Assembly: GCF_044704955.1 (NCBI RefSeq)
Contig: NC_091980.1
Span: forward strand, 166,966,001 to 167,030,000
Origin: Pristiophorus japonicus
Lineage: Eukaryota
Length of the DNA: 64,000 nt
Direction: 5' to 3'
Below are positions 1-11,833 of the stretch, in pieces. The first letter of the stretch is position 1, and every line of letters begins with the position of its first letter. The translations under genes were made by a program, and so were the position numbers. The notes beneath the pieces were generated by a model, which saw only the letters and a list, made by a program, of their open reading frames with translations, had not been told where the DNA came from and made no database searches.

Positions 1-66
1 TGTTCTGGAAACACTGCCAGAGACAACTGAGGATCAGACTGGTTTCAAATTGTTGATGGCTAACTG

Positions 67-520
67 AAGAAAAAGACACATTTGCATTTATATAGCGCCT
101 TTCACAACCACTGGACATTTCAAAGTGCTATACAACCAATCAAGTACTTTTGGAGTGTAGTCACTGTTGTAATATAGGAAACGTGGCAGCCAATTTGTGT
201 GCAAGTGAGCTCCCACAAACAGCAATGTAATAATCACCAGATAATCTGTGTTTTTGTTATGTCGATTGAGGGATAAATATTGGCCAGGACACTGAGGATA
301 ACTCCCCTGCTCTTCTTAGAAATAGTGCCATGGGATCTTTTACGTCCACTTGAGAGAGCAAATGGGGCCTCGGTTTAACGTTTCATCGGAAAGACGGCAC
401 CTCTGACAGTGCGGCGCTCCCTCAGTATTGCACTGGAGTGTCAGCCTAGATTTTTGTGCTCCAGTCCTGGAGTGGGACTTGAACCCACAACCTTCTGACT
501 TAAGGCGAGAGTGCTACCCA
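67..520 (-). mobile_element. SacSINE1-like (Deu-domain) tRNA-derived SINE, near full length
   Basis: Minus strand has a tRNA-like head (GGTTCAAGTCCC B-box), the Deu-domain core (AAGATCCCATGGCACTATTT...GTCCTGGCCAATATTTATCCCTCAATC) and an L2-like tail (GGCGCTATATAAATGCAA). More than 20 copies or fragments occur in the window. Confidence 0.85.
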
Positions 521-639
521 ACATGGAGTGTTGACAAAATCACTTGGAAAAATGATCTAATTACTTGTACATTTTTGGGCATTGGTAAATTTTTAAATAT
601 ATGTATTTCTGTATGTATGTATATTACCAACAATCACCA

Positions 640-1140
640 GACTATCCATTGACTTGCGAACAAGGCTTTTGCTATGTGTGGATGATTGCATCAACATCGT
701 GGCCTTGATGATAACTTGGTTCGTGAGTGATGACATCTCGTTCCTTGCTGAAGCCTCCTTTCCTGACGATACCTTCCAGCATCTGCCCCGCCCAAACTGC
801 CATGGTGGCGATGCGACCCTTATCATCAAATCTCACCATGGCTTCTCCCTTCTAATCGCCCGTCTTTCTACCAACTCCATGTTTGAACCATGTTTCTTCC
901 AATTCTGGCCTCTTGTGCAATCCCCAATCCCTTCCCTCCACCATTGGCGGCCATGGCTTCAGCTGCCTATGCCCTATGTTCGGGAATTCCCTCTTTACAT
1001 CTATCTTCCTCTCTAGCTCTCTCTCCCTAAAACTTACCTCTTTAACCAAACTTTTGCTCATCTGACCTAATATCAGCTTATGGCAATTTTTTGTCTAAAC
1101 ACTCATCTGAAGCACCTTGGCATGTTTTACTCTGTTTAAA
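640..1140 (+). mobile_element. Internally deleted L2 LINE (APE endonuclease N-terminus joined to L2 3' end)
   Basis: ORF 654..1016 reads VDDCINIVALMITW...PRPNCHGGDATLII, a degenerate endonuclease start. From ~895 it matches the L2 3' ends elsewhere in the window. Confidence 0.7.
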
Positions 1141-1252
1141 GAAAAAAGAAAGACTTGCATTTATATAGCGCCTTTCACAACCTCAGGACGTCCCAATGTG
1201 CTTTACAGCCAATGAAGTATTTTTTGATGTGTAGGCACTGTTATAATGTAGG
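1141..1252 (-). mobile_element. SacSINE1-like SINE 3' fragment
   Basis: GAAAGACTTGCATTTATATAGCGCCTTTCAC... tail shared with the other copies. Confidence 0.8.
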
Positions 1253-1276
1253 CGCTACATAAATGAAAGTTGTTGT

Positions 1277-1378
1277 TGAAATAAAAACAGAAAATGCTGG
1301 AAATATTCAGCAGGTCGAGCAGCATCTGTGGAGAGAAGCAGAGTTAACATTTCAGGTTGATGACCCATCGTCTGAACG
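1277..1378 (-). mobile_element. Penelope-like terminal repeat fragment with degenerate hammerhead motif
   Basis: Minus strand reads CAGACGA-TGGGTC-ATC-AACCT-GAAATGTTAAC...GACCTGCTGAATATTTCCAGCATTTTCTG. Homologous to 15140-15272 and 41850-42072. Confidence 0.55.
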
Positions 1379-1654
1379 GAGTGCTTTTGCTGTTGAACGT
1401 TGTTTTCAGAGGTAGAGAGCTGATCTGAGAATGAGTGGAGTGACATGTACGCTACGTCTCAGGACTATACAAGGAGAGAAAATGATCACACCTAACGTGC
1501 TACCCAATGAACTGGTGATTATACTGATTATGTGGAGCTGACCGATCATGCTCACCAATCTCACAAACGTCAATTGCATGGACTGGTAATTGTACCATCT
1601 GGTTGATTGCACCCTGACTGGTTTCACTGACTAGTGATCACTCTGACTGATTGT

Positions 1655-2422
1655 CAGAATTTTCCTTCAACTAAATATTGGTAAGACCAAAGGCGTTTTC
1701 TTCAGTCCCCGCTGCAAACTCCGTTCCCCAGCCATATCTCCATGCTTCTCCCTGGCAACTATCCATTTGCAACCTTGGTGTCGTATTTAACCTCAAGTTG
1801 AGCTTCCGATCACACATCTGCCCCTGCCTCAGCGCATCTGCTACTGAAACCCTCGTCCATGCCTTTGATACCTCTAGACATGACTATTCCAACACTTTCC
1901 TGGCTGGCATCCCATCGTCCATCCTCCGTAAACTTCAGCTCATCCAAAACTCTGCTGCCTGTATCCTAACTCACACCAAGCCCTTCACCCCTGTGCTCGC
2001 TGACCTATATTGGTTCCCAGTCCGGCAGCACCTCAATTTTAAAATTCTCATCCTTCATTTCAAATACTTCCATGGCCTTGTCCCTCCCCATTTTTGTAAC
2101 TTCTTCCAGCCCCACAACCCTCCGAAATCACCGCACTCTATTCTGGCCTCTTGCGCATTCCCGATTTTAATCGCACCACCATTGGGGGCCTTGCCTTCAG
2201 CTGCCGATGCCTTAACCTCTGGTATTCCTGCCCTAAACCACTCCGCTTTCTACTTCTCTCTCCTTTAAGACGCTCCTTAAAACCTACCTCTTTGACCAAG
2301 TTTTTGGTCCTCTGTCCTAATATTTCCTTATGTAGCTTAGTGTAAAGGTTTGTAAACGCTCCTGTGAAGCACCTTGGGACATTTTACTACATTAAAGGCG
2401 CTGTATAAATGCAAGTGTTGTT
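1655..2422 (+). mobile_element. L2 LINE 3' portion
   Basis: ORF 1678..2268 (ETLVHAFDTSRHDYSNTFLAG...KLQLIQNSAACILT) is an L2 ORF2 C-terminus, followed by the 3' UTR and GTTG tail. Confidence 0.9.
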
Positions 2423-3142
2423 CTGATCACTGACCTATTGTCAGTACCGACTGACTAGTGATTACAAACAGACAATGGCACTGACTGGTTCATTGCACTG
2501 ACTATTGAAAAATTCCACTAACTGATAGCAGTAATAGATAATTTGTGTTCTATAACACCTTATCATGTGGTAAGATCTGGAAGGGCGGCATTCAATTAAT
2601 TTCTTTCAGATTACAGTGACTGGAATGTGAGCGGTGGTACTAAACAATCAGCACTGACTAGTTATGTTTGCATGTTTACCTTTCACAAGGTGAATGGCAG
2701 TAGTTCAGTTCATCTTTTCTGACCATATCACAAAACATGGCAACAAAGTTAAGTGGTTGCCAGCCATTTTTACAATCCCGAATCCAGGTTTAAATTTGCC
2801 TGCTAGCAACTGCATCAGCAGTCTGCATTCTATGCCTTTAATGTACAGAAACATCCCAAGGTGCTTCACACAGACATAATCCAAACAAAATGGCTGTTAA
2901 GCCAAAGGAGGAGATATTACAGAGGATGAGAGATGGGCCAAAGGAAGGGTCTTGCTACATGGGTGTCCATATTTATGTTGTGTTCTGAAAGTTTTTTTTT
3001 ACATTAACCATTTTGCACTGAGCGCAGTTGAGCAAGTGTGATGCAACTGATGGTTTGCAGTCATTAATGACCAGATCGTATCTGACATTGTGTAACTGAC
3101 TGTCTCGTACCTTGCGTACTTGCTGTGCTCCAAGGCTGTGAT

Positions 3143-3355
3143 CGGGGCCCAGGAGAGGCGTGAGTTCGGGGCCAGAAGATACGAGGGCCCAGGGGCAGCA
3201 CGGCCAGCCCACACAGCGATATGTATGCTCACTAGGCCCGTGCAGCAGAGCTGGTCTCCAGTCGTCTTGGGTAATCCTTGCCACTGGACCAAGACAGCTC
3301 TGTCAAGCCCGTATGGTGGCTGGTATGCAACGGCCACCACACGGTAAAAAAATCC
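3143..3355 (+). mobile_element. 5' part of short RTE-tailed non-autonomous retroelement
   Basis: Homologous to the head and body of the element at 11303-11722; GC-rich with two long hairpins. Confidence 0.65.
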
Positions 3356-3475
3356 AACTACTCCTTGTGGCAAATTCCACATTTTTACCACTCTGGGTAA
3401 AGAAATTTCTCCTGAGCTCTGTATTGTATTTATTGGTAACCTCCTTATACTTATGGCCCCTAGTTTTGGCCTCTT
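3356..3475 (-). mobile_element. CR1 LINE 3' fragment
   Basis: Minus ORF 3303..3515 contains KTRGHKYK...RRNFFTQ. Confidence 0.8.
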
Positions 3476-4819
3476 TTCCCCACCACACCTCCATCCCCTT
3501 AAAGAAAGCTCTCAACTGGTGATATTTGGATGAAATCTAATTAGCTTCGCTACTTAATGCTTCTTGATTTATTGTATCCCAGAATCATAGACACTGTAAT
3601 AGAAGGACACTATTCATGAACGTGAAGGTTTCTGACTTGGAGATCTCACTCTAATCTTTTTCTGCGCTTTCCTTGAACTTTTCAATATTGTTTCTCTTGA
3701 AGTCCTTATCTAATTCCCTCTGAAATGCTGTAATTGACACAGTTTCAACAGTCACTTGTAATACATTCCACATACAATAACCTTGTGTGTGAAAATTCCT
3801 TCTAATTTCACCTCTTTTTGCCTCTTAGACTAATCCCACATTTATGCCATTTATTGCCAATTCAAATAACAATCTTTCCCTGTTTGCCCTCTGAATGCTC
3901 CGATAATTTTAGGAATCTACCCCCCCCCCGCCCCCATGTTTCACCCTGAGTACCACCCCAGTGAATCTAAGATTGCACATTTTTCATGGCTCTAATATGC
4001 TTGCCTTCTCTCTCACTGCCTTGATAGTTTTCTGCAGCGTCTCACCCAGGTTTTGCAAATTGAAAGAAGCCCGACGCACTGCAGAGCAGACCTGCAGAGT
4101 TTCCTCGCGAGTTATGAGCCAATGCTGCAAGTGTGTAGCTTCAAAATTGCATCTTTTACATTCCGGTCTGGGTAGCTGCCCACTTAGCTGCTGGATTGCA
4201 GTGGATGGAGAGATGTGCAGACAATCAAACTGGCAGCTGTTCTCCATGAAGTGTACTATTGTGGCCCTTTGGCAATTTTAGATAGATGGTTTATTGGGCA
4301 ATTTATTGGTGAATCGCGGCCCAATACCTTCAGACCTGTAGCAATGCCAGAAATGACTGTCTTTTAGCGAGCCATGACAGAAAAGTTGTGTCAGCGTGTG
4401 GTTATTATAGTGAGAGTGTTTTACATTTTTCCTTCCCCATTTCCGTTAGTTATTCCCACACGGAGGTGCCCACATACAATGCACTGACTGAAGGAATTGC
4501 CATTGTTGATTTGAACCTCAAAGACAGGGGATGAGCACCTTGATTCTTGTAATGCTGCACCCTGGAAAGGTCTTCATTCCTTTAATGACATCAGTACATT
4601 GTTTTATTCGATTTCCCTGGTGCACTTTTCCTTTGTGTGGTTTTGTTCAAGAAAATAAATGTATCTAGTGCTGAAAGCCTGTCTCGTCATGATTGCCACA
4701 TATGGATACGGTTGTCATGGAGACTGGGGGAGGATGTTTTAGAGGGACAGGAACTTCCTGTCAGTTGTACTTTATGATCAGCATCTCTGCCGAGAATCTA
4801 AAACTGTATTTTTTTAAAG

Positions 4820-5078
4820 TTGTGCATTTATATCATGCCTTTCATGACCCAAAGTGCTTTATAACCAGTGGAGTTCTTTTGAAGTGCAGTCACTGCTGTA
4901 CTGTCGGAAATACAGCACAGCAAGCTCCCACGAACAAAAATGAGATACCTGACCAGTTAATCTGTTTTTAGTGATGTTGGTTGAGGGATAAATATTAGCC
5001 AGGACACTGGGGAGAACATATTTTTTTTAAATAGTGCCATGGGATCTTTTACGTCCTCCTGAGAGTGCAGACGGAGGC
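4820..5078 (-). mobile_element. SacSINE1-like SINE 3' half (5' half at 6110-6635, split by L2)
   Basis: Deu-domain sequence breaks at ~5078 and resumes at 6110 and 6487. Confidence 0.75.
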
Positions 5079-5079
5079 T

Positions 5080-6110
5080 CTACTTCACCACCACTGTTCT
5101 CGACCTTTCTACGATCTCTAAATTGTCAGATTGCTTGTCCGACGTCCAGTATTGGAAAAGCAGAAATTTTCTCCAATTAAATATTGCTTTTGGACCCCGC
5201 CACGAACTCCATTCCCTGGCCACTGACTCCATCCCTTTCCCTTGCATCTGTCTGAGGCTAAACCACACAGTTCAAATCCTAGTGTCATATTTGACCCTGA
5301 AATGAGCTTTCAACCACATATCCTACATTACAACAGTGGCTACACTCCAAAAGTACTTCATTGACTGTAAAGTGCTTTGAGACGTCCAGTGGTCATGAAA
5401 GGCACTATGTAAATCCAAGTCTTTATTTTTTCTTTTCGTAACTAAGACCGCCTATTTCCACATCTGTACCATCGCCTGTTTCCGCCCCTGTTTTAGCTCT
5501 TCTACTACTGAAGCTCTCATTGATACCTTTGTACCTCTAGACTTGACTATTCCAATGCACCCCTGGCTGGCTTCCCACATTCTACCCTACGTAAACTAGA
5601 GGTCATCCAAAACTCAGCTGCCTGTGTCCTAAATCGCACCAAGTCCCGTTCACCCATCAATCTTGTGCTCGCTGACCTACATTGGCTCCCAGTTAAGCAA
5701 CACCTCGATGTTAAAATTCTTACCCTTGTTTGCAAATCCCGCCATAGCCTCACCTCCTTATCTCTGTAATCTCCTTCAGCATCACAACTCCCCTAAATAT
5801 CTGCGCTCCTCTAAATCTGCCCTCTTGAGCATCCTTGATTATAATTTCTCAACCATTGGTGGCCATATCTTCAGTTGTCTATTCCCTAAGCTCTGTAATT
5901 CCCCCCCTAAACCTCTCCGCCTCTCTACTTCTCGCTCCTCCTTTAAGATGCTCCTTAAGACTTACCTCTTTGACCAAGCGTTTGGTCATCTGCCCTAATT
6001 TATCTTTGTGTGGCTCGGTGTCAAATTTCTGTCTTGTAACACTCCTGTGAAGCGCCTTGGGACGTTTCACTATGTTAAAGGTGCTATATAAATACAAGTT
6101 GTTGTTGTTG
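5080..6110 (+). mobile_element. L2 LINE 3' portion with a nested SINE tail (5324-5436)
   Basis: LSDCLSDVQYW...QLN and KTYLFDQAF motifs; ends GTTGTTGTTG. Confidence 0.9.
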
Positions 6111-6208
6111 GTTCAATGTCACATCCAAAAGACGGCCCCTCCAACAGCCCCCTCAGTACTGCACAGGAGTGTCAGCCTAGCTTGTGTGCCCAAGTATCTA
6201 GACCTTTC

Positions 6209-6486
6209 TGCCTTCATGAGCATCCCTGATTATAATCGCTCAACCATTGGTTGTTGCCTCGGCCCCAAGCTCTGGAACTACCTCCCTAAACCTCTCGGGT
6301 CTCTGCCTCTCTTTTCTCCTTCAATATGCTCCTTAAAACCTACCTCTTTGACCAAGTTTTCGGTCACCTGCCCTAATTTCTCCTTATGTGGCTCAGTGTC
6401 ACATTTTTTGTCTCATAATACTCCTGTGAAGCGCTTTAGAACGTGTCACTACGTTAAAAGCGCTATATAAATACAAGTTGTTGTTG
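6209..6486 (+). mobile_element. L2 LINE 3' end (second copy)
   Basis: Similar to 5820-6110; GTTGTTG tail. Confidence 0.85.
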
Positions 6487-6635
6487 GTTTAACGTCACAT
6501 CCAAAAGACGGCACCTCCGACAGTGCAGCACTCCCTCAGTACTGCACTGGTGTGTCAGTCTAGATTGTGTGCCCAAGTGTCTGGGCCTTCTGACTCAGGC
6601 GCGAGAGTACTACCCACTGAGCCACGGCTGACACC
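6487..6635 (-). mobile_element. SacSINE1-like SINE 5' portion
   Basis: Minus-strand tRNA-like head GTGTCAGCCGTGGCTCAGTGGGTAG. Confidence 0.8.
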
Positions 6636-6975
6636 TTCAGTCTGCTTCTGGCTGCAGATGACTTGGTTTGACGCAGTGTGAAATGACACTTCAGGATTTT
6701 CCCTCGTCTTCAATCGTACATCAACAGATGGGGAAGATCCTTAACATGAGTGGTTGCCCCCTCGCTGCCCTCATGTTCCTTTGGCTGGGGATGGGGGAAA
6801 CGGGACTGCAGGTCGAGCTCCATTCACCTGGGGCAGTCGTGTTCCCAAGGAGCAGTCCAACCTAGAATCAGGATGTGTGTTCAACAGAAAGTGTCGCTGT
6901 GAAAAGGTGCAGCTGAGAATTTGAGTTGCCGACACTGTTTGCCAACTAAATCTATCGTCTGGATTGACCCAACTC

Positions 6976-7432
6976 AGAAAGAAAGACTTGCATTTATTTA
7001 GCGCCTTTCACGATCACCAGACGTGCGTTACAGCCAATGAAGTACTTTTGGAGTGTAGTCACTGTTGTAATGTGGGAAATGCGGCAACCAATTTGCGCAC
7101 AGCAAACTCCCACAAACAACAATGTGATAATACCAGATAATCTGTTTTTTTTTGTAATGTTAATTGAGAGATAAATAATGGCCAGGACACTGGGGATAAC
7201 TCCCCTGCTCTTCTTCAAAATAGAGTCATGGGATCTTTTACTTCCACCTGAGACAGCAGATGGGGCCTCGGTTTAACGTCTCATCGAAAGACGGCGCCTT
7301 CGACAATGCAGCACTCCCACTGCACTGGAGTGTCAGCCTAGATTTATGTGCTCCAGTCCGTGGAGTAGAACTTGAATGCACAACCTTCTGACTCAGAGGC
7401 AAGGGTACTACCCACTGAGCCATAGCTGACAC
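6976..7432 (-). mobile_element. SacSINE1-like SINE, full length
   Basis: Head, Deu core and tail all present. Confidence 0.9.
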
Positions 7433-7764
7433 ATAATACCAAGAAGAAATGGGGTGGGGGTGGTGGGGGTCATAGGTAGAAAGTGAGTGAATCCCTGGAT
7501 CACTCATTAGCTCTAATGGTTGTTGTGTGAGATTAATACAAACCTGACAACACTCACCTGAATACTGCAAAGAGGCCAATCCTCAGTGTTTCATCAGCCC
7601 AGCCTTGAAACACTGCCTGTCATCTCACATTGCTATGAATTTCGCAGCTTCCCCTCCCCCGAAATAAATCCTGTCAACGCCTCCGACTTATGTCAGCTTT
7701 GAAACTTACTTGCAGGTTTGCGATAATTGTGTATCTTTTGAAATGTAAACTTGTCTTTCATCTG

Positions 7765-8082
7765 TTCTCTGTAGAGAAGATGTTTCAACTTGTGAGGGAG
7801 AGCGAAACTAGGGGCCATAAATATAAGATGGACACTAATAAATTCAATGGGGAATTCAGGAGGAACTTCTGTACCCAGAGAGGGGCGAGAATGTGGAACT
7901 CGCCATCACAAGGAATAGTTGCGGCAAATAGCATAGATGCTTTTAAAGGGAAGCTCGGTAAATACATGAGGGAGAAAGGAAGAGAAGGATATGTTGATAG
8001 GATGAGATGGGAGGAAGTTTGTGTGGAGCATAAACACTGGCATAGACCAGTTGGGCCGAATGGCCTGTTTCCGTGCTGTAAT
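7765..8082 (+). mobile_element. CR1 LINE 3' end
   Basis: ETRGHKYK...RRNFCTQRGARMWNS; GGGCCGAATGGCCTG 3' hairpin. Confidence 0.85.
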
Positions 8083-8244
8083 TCCCCACCCTTCCCCTAG
8101 CATCTACCTTTGCTGCTAGTATGGTGCTGACCTGTAACTCGTTCTCTCATTAACCTAAAACGAAACTTTCTGCATTGTTCTCCCCTCGTGAAGCACATGT
8201 TCCTTTTTAAAAATGAGGATGCTCTTGTTTGATGTTTTAGCTGA

Positions 8245-8545
8245 TAGATTGGTGTAGTAATGAACTATATCGACCAGGGCGGTCCAAAGTTCCATCTAAT
8301 CTATGCTGCATTGACCTGCTTGAGAACAACTGGCAGTTTGAGCCAGCACTCCTGTGTTAGGGAGAGGGGGAATAGTATCCTCCAGGATTCCTGGTCCTGA
8401 TCACCATCTAGTGACTCGTGTTGGAAGGAGCTTGCAAGTGAGGCTTTGGACAAGGGCAGAATTGGGACTTGCTGTGATGTTCCCCTCCAGTGTCTTGTCT
8501 CATGTAACTATGGATACTGGGGGCTGGCTCATGCCCGTGGGATTA
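8245..8545 (+). mobile_element. AmnSINE2-like SINE, degenerate
   Basis: CCAGGATTCCTGGTCCTGATCACCATCTAGTGAC...GCTGTGATG resembles the recalled AmnSINE2 consensus. Related copies at 26490, 40190, 57960 and 63030. Confidence 0.5.
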
Positions 8546-8587
8546 TAACTGATTACTGATCACTGATCACCAGGCAACAATCTAATA

Positions 8588-8755
8588 GAAAGCAGAACTT
8601 GCATTTATATAGCGCTTTTCACGACCTCAGTTGTTGTAATGTAGTAAATGTGGCAGCCAATTTGTGCAACGTAAGATCCCACATGCAGCAAAGAAATGAA
8701 TGACTCGATAATCTGTTTTGGGTGTTGGGTGAGGGATTAAGTACTGGTCAGCACA
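8588..8755 (-). mobile_element. SacSINE1-like SINE 3' fragment
   Basis: Tail plus partial Deu-domain. Confidence 0.7.
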
Positions 8756-8789
8756 AGCTATATTGATGCGTAAAAATACATCGAAGGTA

Positions 8790-9220
8790 GAACAAGGAAA
8801 CAGGCCATTCGGCTGTATCGGTGTTTACTCTCCACATCTGCAAATAGTTCTAGTCACATTTACTTATCCTGTTCTCGTATCCCTTCAATCCCATTTTCTT
8901 TACCCACCTATCCAATCTAATCTTCAATGTTGACCTTGTTTCTGCCTCACCCCTTCACCTTGGAAGTGAACTCCATGGCCTCGCAACTCTGTGTGTGAAG
9001 AGGTTTCTCCTGCCCTCTGTTCTAACTCTCTTACATTGAATCTTGTGTCTCTGGTCCCTCATACCAGACCCTTCAACGACTGCAAACCGTCTGCCGACAT
9101 CTGCCCTGTCCTGAGCTCTTGTACTTTTAAACACTTCTATCATATTGCCCGTAATATGTGTTGTTCGAATGAAAAAGAACCCAACTTTTCAAGCCTTTCT
9201 TCATATTCGTAGTTCCTCAG
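8790..9220 (-). mobile_element. CR1 LINE 3' fragment (old)
   Basis: Minus ORF 8955..9143: IEVFK...RRNLFTHRVARPWSSLP. Confidence 0.75.
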
Positions 9221-9424
9221 ACCAGACATTACACTGTAGCAGATTGGTCGATTCCCGACGTGCAGCTCCCACAGTCAGGGCCACTAATAAAAGGTTCACA
9301 TAACTATTCCTCACTCTCCCGTGGCAGCAGGGACTTTAACCGTGTCTCTTGATGTGCTACTGTTTCCGTCGCTGGATGGAAATCCCAATAAAAGCACTGA
9401 GTTATCTCCAGGTGGAATCCCTGC

Positions 9425-10240
9425 AGCATCTCACCATTAATACATTGGATATATGCTCACACCTACAATACATTGACCATGCACATGCGCACGCGCACAC
9501 TTACACCTGTCGCACCATCAGTACATTAGACAATTACACATACGCACATCTGTCACACCATCAATACATTCACCATACACACACACACCTGTCACACCAA
9601 TNNNNNNNNNNNNNNNNNNNNNNNNNNNNNNNNNNNNNNNNNNNNNNNNNNNNNNNNNNNNNNNNNNNNNNNNNNNNNNNNNNNNNNNNNNNNNNNNNNN
9701 NNNNNNNNNNNNNNNNNNNNNNNNNNNNNNNNNNNNNNNNNNNNNNNNNNNNNNNNNNNNNNNNNNNNNNNNNNNNNNNNNNNNNNNNNNNNNNNNNNNN
9801 NNNNNNNNNNNNNNNNNNNNNNNNNNNNNNNNNNNNNNNNNNNNNNNNNNNNNNNNNNNNNNNNNNNNNNNNNNNNNNNNNNNNNNNNNNNNNNNNNNNN
9901 NNNNNNNNNNNNNNNNNNNNNNNNNNNNNNNNNNNNNNNNNNNNNNNNNNNNNNNNNNNNNNNNNNNNNNNNNNNNNNNNNNNNNNNNNNNNNNNNNNNN
10001 NNNNNNNNNNNNNNNNNNNNNNNNNNNNNNNNNNNNNNNNNNNNNNNNNNNNNNNNNNNNNNNNNNNNNNNNNNNNNNNNNNNNNNNNNNNNNNNNNNNN
10101 NNNNNNNNNNNNNNNNNNNNNCACACACACCTGTCACACCAATACATTCACCATACACACACACACACACCTGTCACACCAAAACATTCGCCACACACAC
10201 ACACACACCATTAATACATTAGACAAACACATACATCTGT
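9425..10240. repeat. CA-rich minisatellite (~38-bp unit) spanning a 520-N gap (9602-10121)
   Basis: Unit CACCTGTCACACCAATACATTCACCATACACACACA appears on both sides of the N run. Confidence 0.85.
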
Positions 10241-11119
10241 GCATTGATCAAAAGGGCACCTTTCATGCCCGTGCTGAATTAGTGGGCTTCAATTCAGGAG
10301 CCGGGCCACATGGGAGTCTGGCTTGAATTTAGTGTGCTAACATGGAAGGGCGCCACACACAGGCCGTTCCTACAAAATCTGAACTGGGAGCGTACCGAAG
10401 TACAAAAGTGTCCTGGTGCACCCTTGGAGAGTGAACCTTGGAGCACTGCACCACCATTTGGTCCATCAGAAGTAGAACTCACGTTTCAAAGAATCTTGGG
10501 AATGACTCACAAAGCTTAAAGCAGATTGAGCTCGGGTTACCTTTTATCTCGTTTGAATAGTTTTGTTTTGAACACAGAACGATAATTTCATGGTCCGTGC
10601 ACAGCTGTGTGTGGGAGAAATAGAGCTGACAACACTATGCTGTTTTACCACTTGGCAGGCGCAGAGAGCCTGAAAGTTCAAGGCTGGGATGGTAGGAGAC
10701 TGAGTTGGTTCAGGGAGAATATGTGATGTCAGTAAATAAAAAACGATGAGAATTGTTCATTGACTTAACAGGGCAAGAGGGGGAAATCAGTGTCAAATTA
10801 TTTTAACAAATGAAATAAGCATTGTGGAAAGCAAGGGTGATTATGAGGGGAAATTCATTTTAATTAGGCAAATTTACAAATGGGATGGGGAAGGTCTTTC
10901 AAAAGGAGGAGGTAATGGAGTGAATGCAGGACTGAAATTAGAGGATGTGGCGCACTGAGATGCAAAGGAGACTTGCAAACCCCAGAGGTGGTGCGGAGAA
11001 GAGCCACAAAACTCATCTCTGGTGTCAGAGAGCAGAGTTTCTGAGGGAAGACTGGGGAAACTTGGACTATTCGGCCTTAAAAGGAGGAGACTGAGAGGTG
11101 CCATCACAGAGGCACGTAA

Positions 11120-11257
11120 GAAAGGAAGAAGGAACTTGTATTTATACAGCACCTTTCAGGACTCAGGACGTCCCAAAGTTCTGCACAAACAACAAAGTAC
11201 TTTTGAAGTGTAGTCACTGTTCCAGTGTGGGGAAATGTGGCAGCCAATTTGTGCAGA
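11120..11257 (-). mobile_element. SacSINE1-like SINE 3' fragment
   Basis: Tail match. Confidence 0.75.
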
Positions 11258-11302
11258 CCAAAAAGTCATTAAATGGTATTGAAAGGATACAAACTAAACT
11301 GG

Positions 11303-11722
11303 ATCATCATATCATCATCATAGGCGGTCCCTTGAATGAGGATGACTTGCTTCCACACCAAAAGGGATGAGTTCGCAGATGTTTCAGTGAAGGATCCGAT
11401 ATTCCAGTCTTGAACTCCAAGGGTGGAAGATGCCTGTGCGTGGATTTTTTTAACATGTGACCGTTGCACATCAGCCATCATACGGGCTTAACAGAGCTCG
11501 GCCTTTATCCAGTGGCAAGGGTTAACCAGGATGACTGGAGACCTGCTCTGCTGCACGGACCCAGTGCGCACACATATCGCAGTGTGGGCTGGCCTGTGCT
11601 GTCCCTGGGCCCTGGGCTCTTCTGGGCCCCGAACCCCCATTTGCCGCACCTCTGCCATGATCTCCCGTCGCTCCTCCGCCACAAACATTCGCCGCACCTC
11701 CGCACAATCTCTCACCGCTCCT
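11303..11722 (-). mobile_element. Short non-autonomous retroelement with RTE-type 3' tail, (ATG)n end
   Basis: 3' end TGGAAGCAAGTCATCCTC...GGGACCGCCTATGATGATG matches the tail of the RTE LINE at 38089-38623. No tRNA-like head. Confidence 0.75.
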
Positions 11723-11724
11723 CC

Positions 11725-11833
11725 TACATCACAACAGTGACTGCACTTCAAAAGTACATAATTGGCTGTAAAGTGTGTTGGGACATCCCAAAGTTAGGAA
11801 AGGCACTATAGAAATGCAAGTCTTTATTTTCTT
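11725..11833 (+). mobile_element. SacSINE1-like SINE 3' fragment
   Basis: Tail match. Confidence 0.75.

Noticed and set aside
3245-3303. HDV-like ribozyme or pseudoknot in the RTE-derived element
   Set aside because: A TCCAGT/ACTGGA plus GTCTTGG/CCAAGAC pseudoknot is possible here, but P1.1, P4 and the catalytic J4/2 strand are absent and the second pairing is not kept in the 11491-11551 copy.
9349-10326. 325-aa and overlapping ORFs
   Set aside because: Artefacts of reading through N bases.
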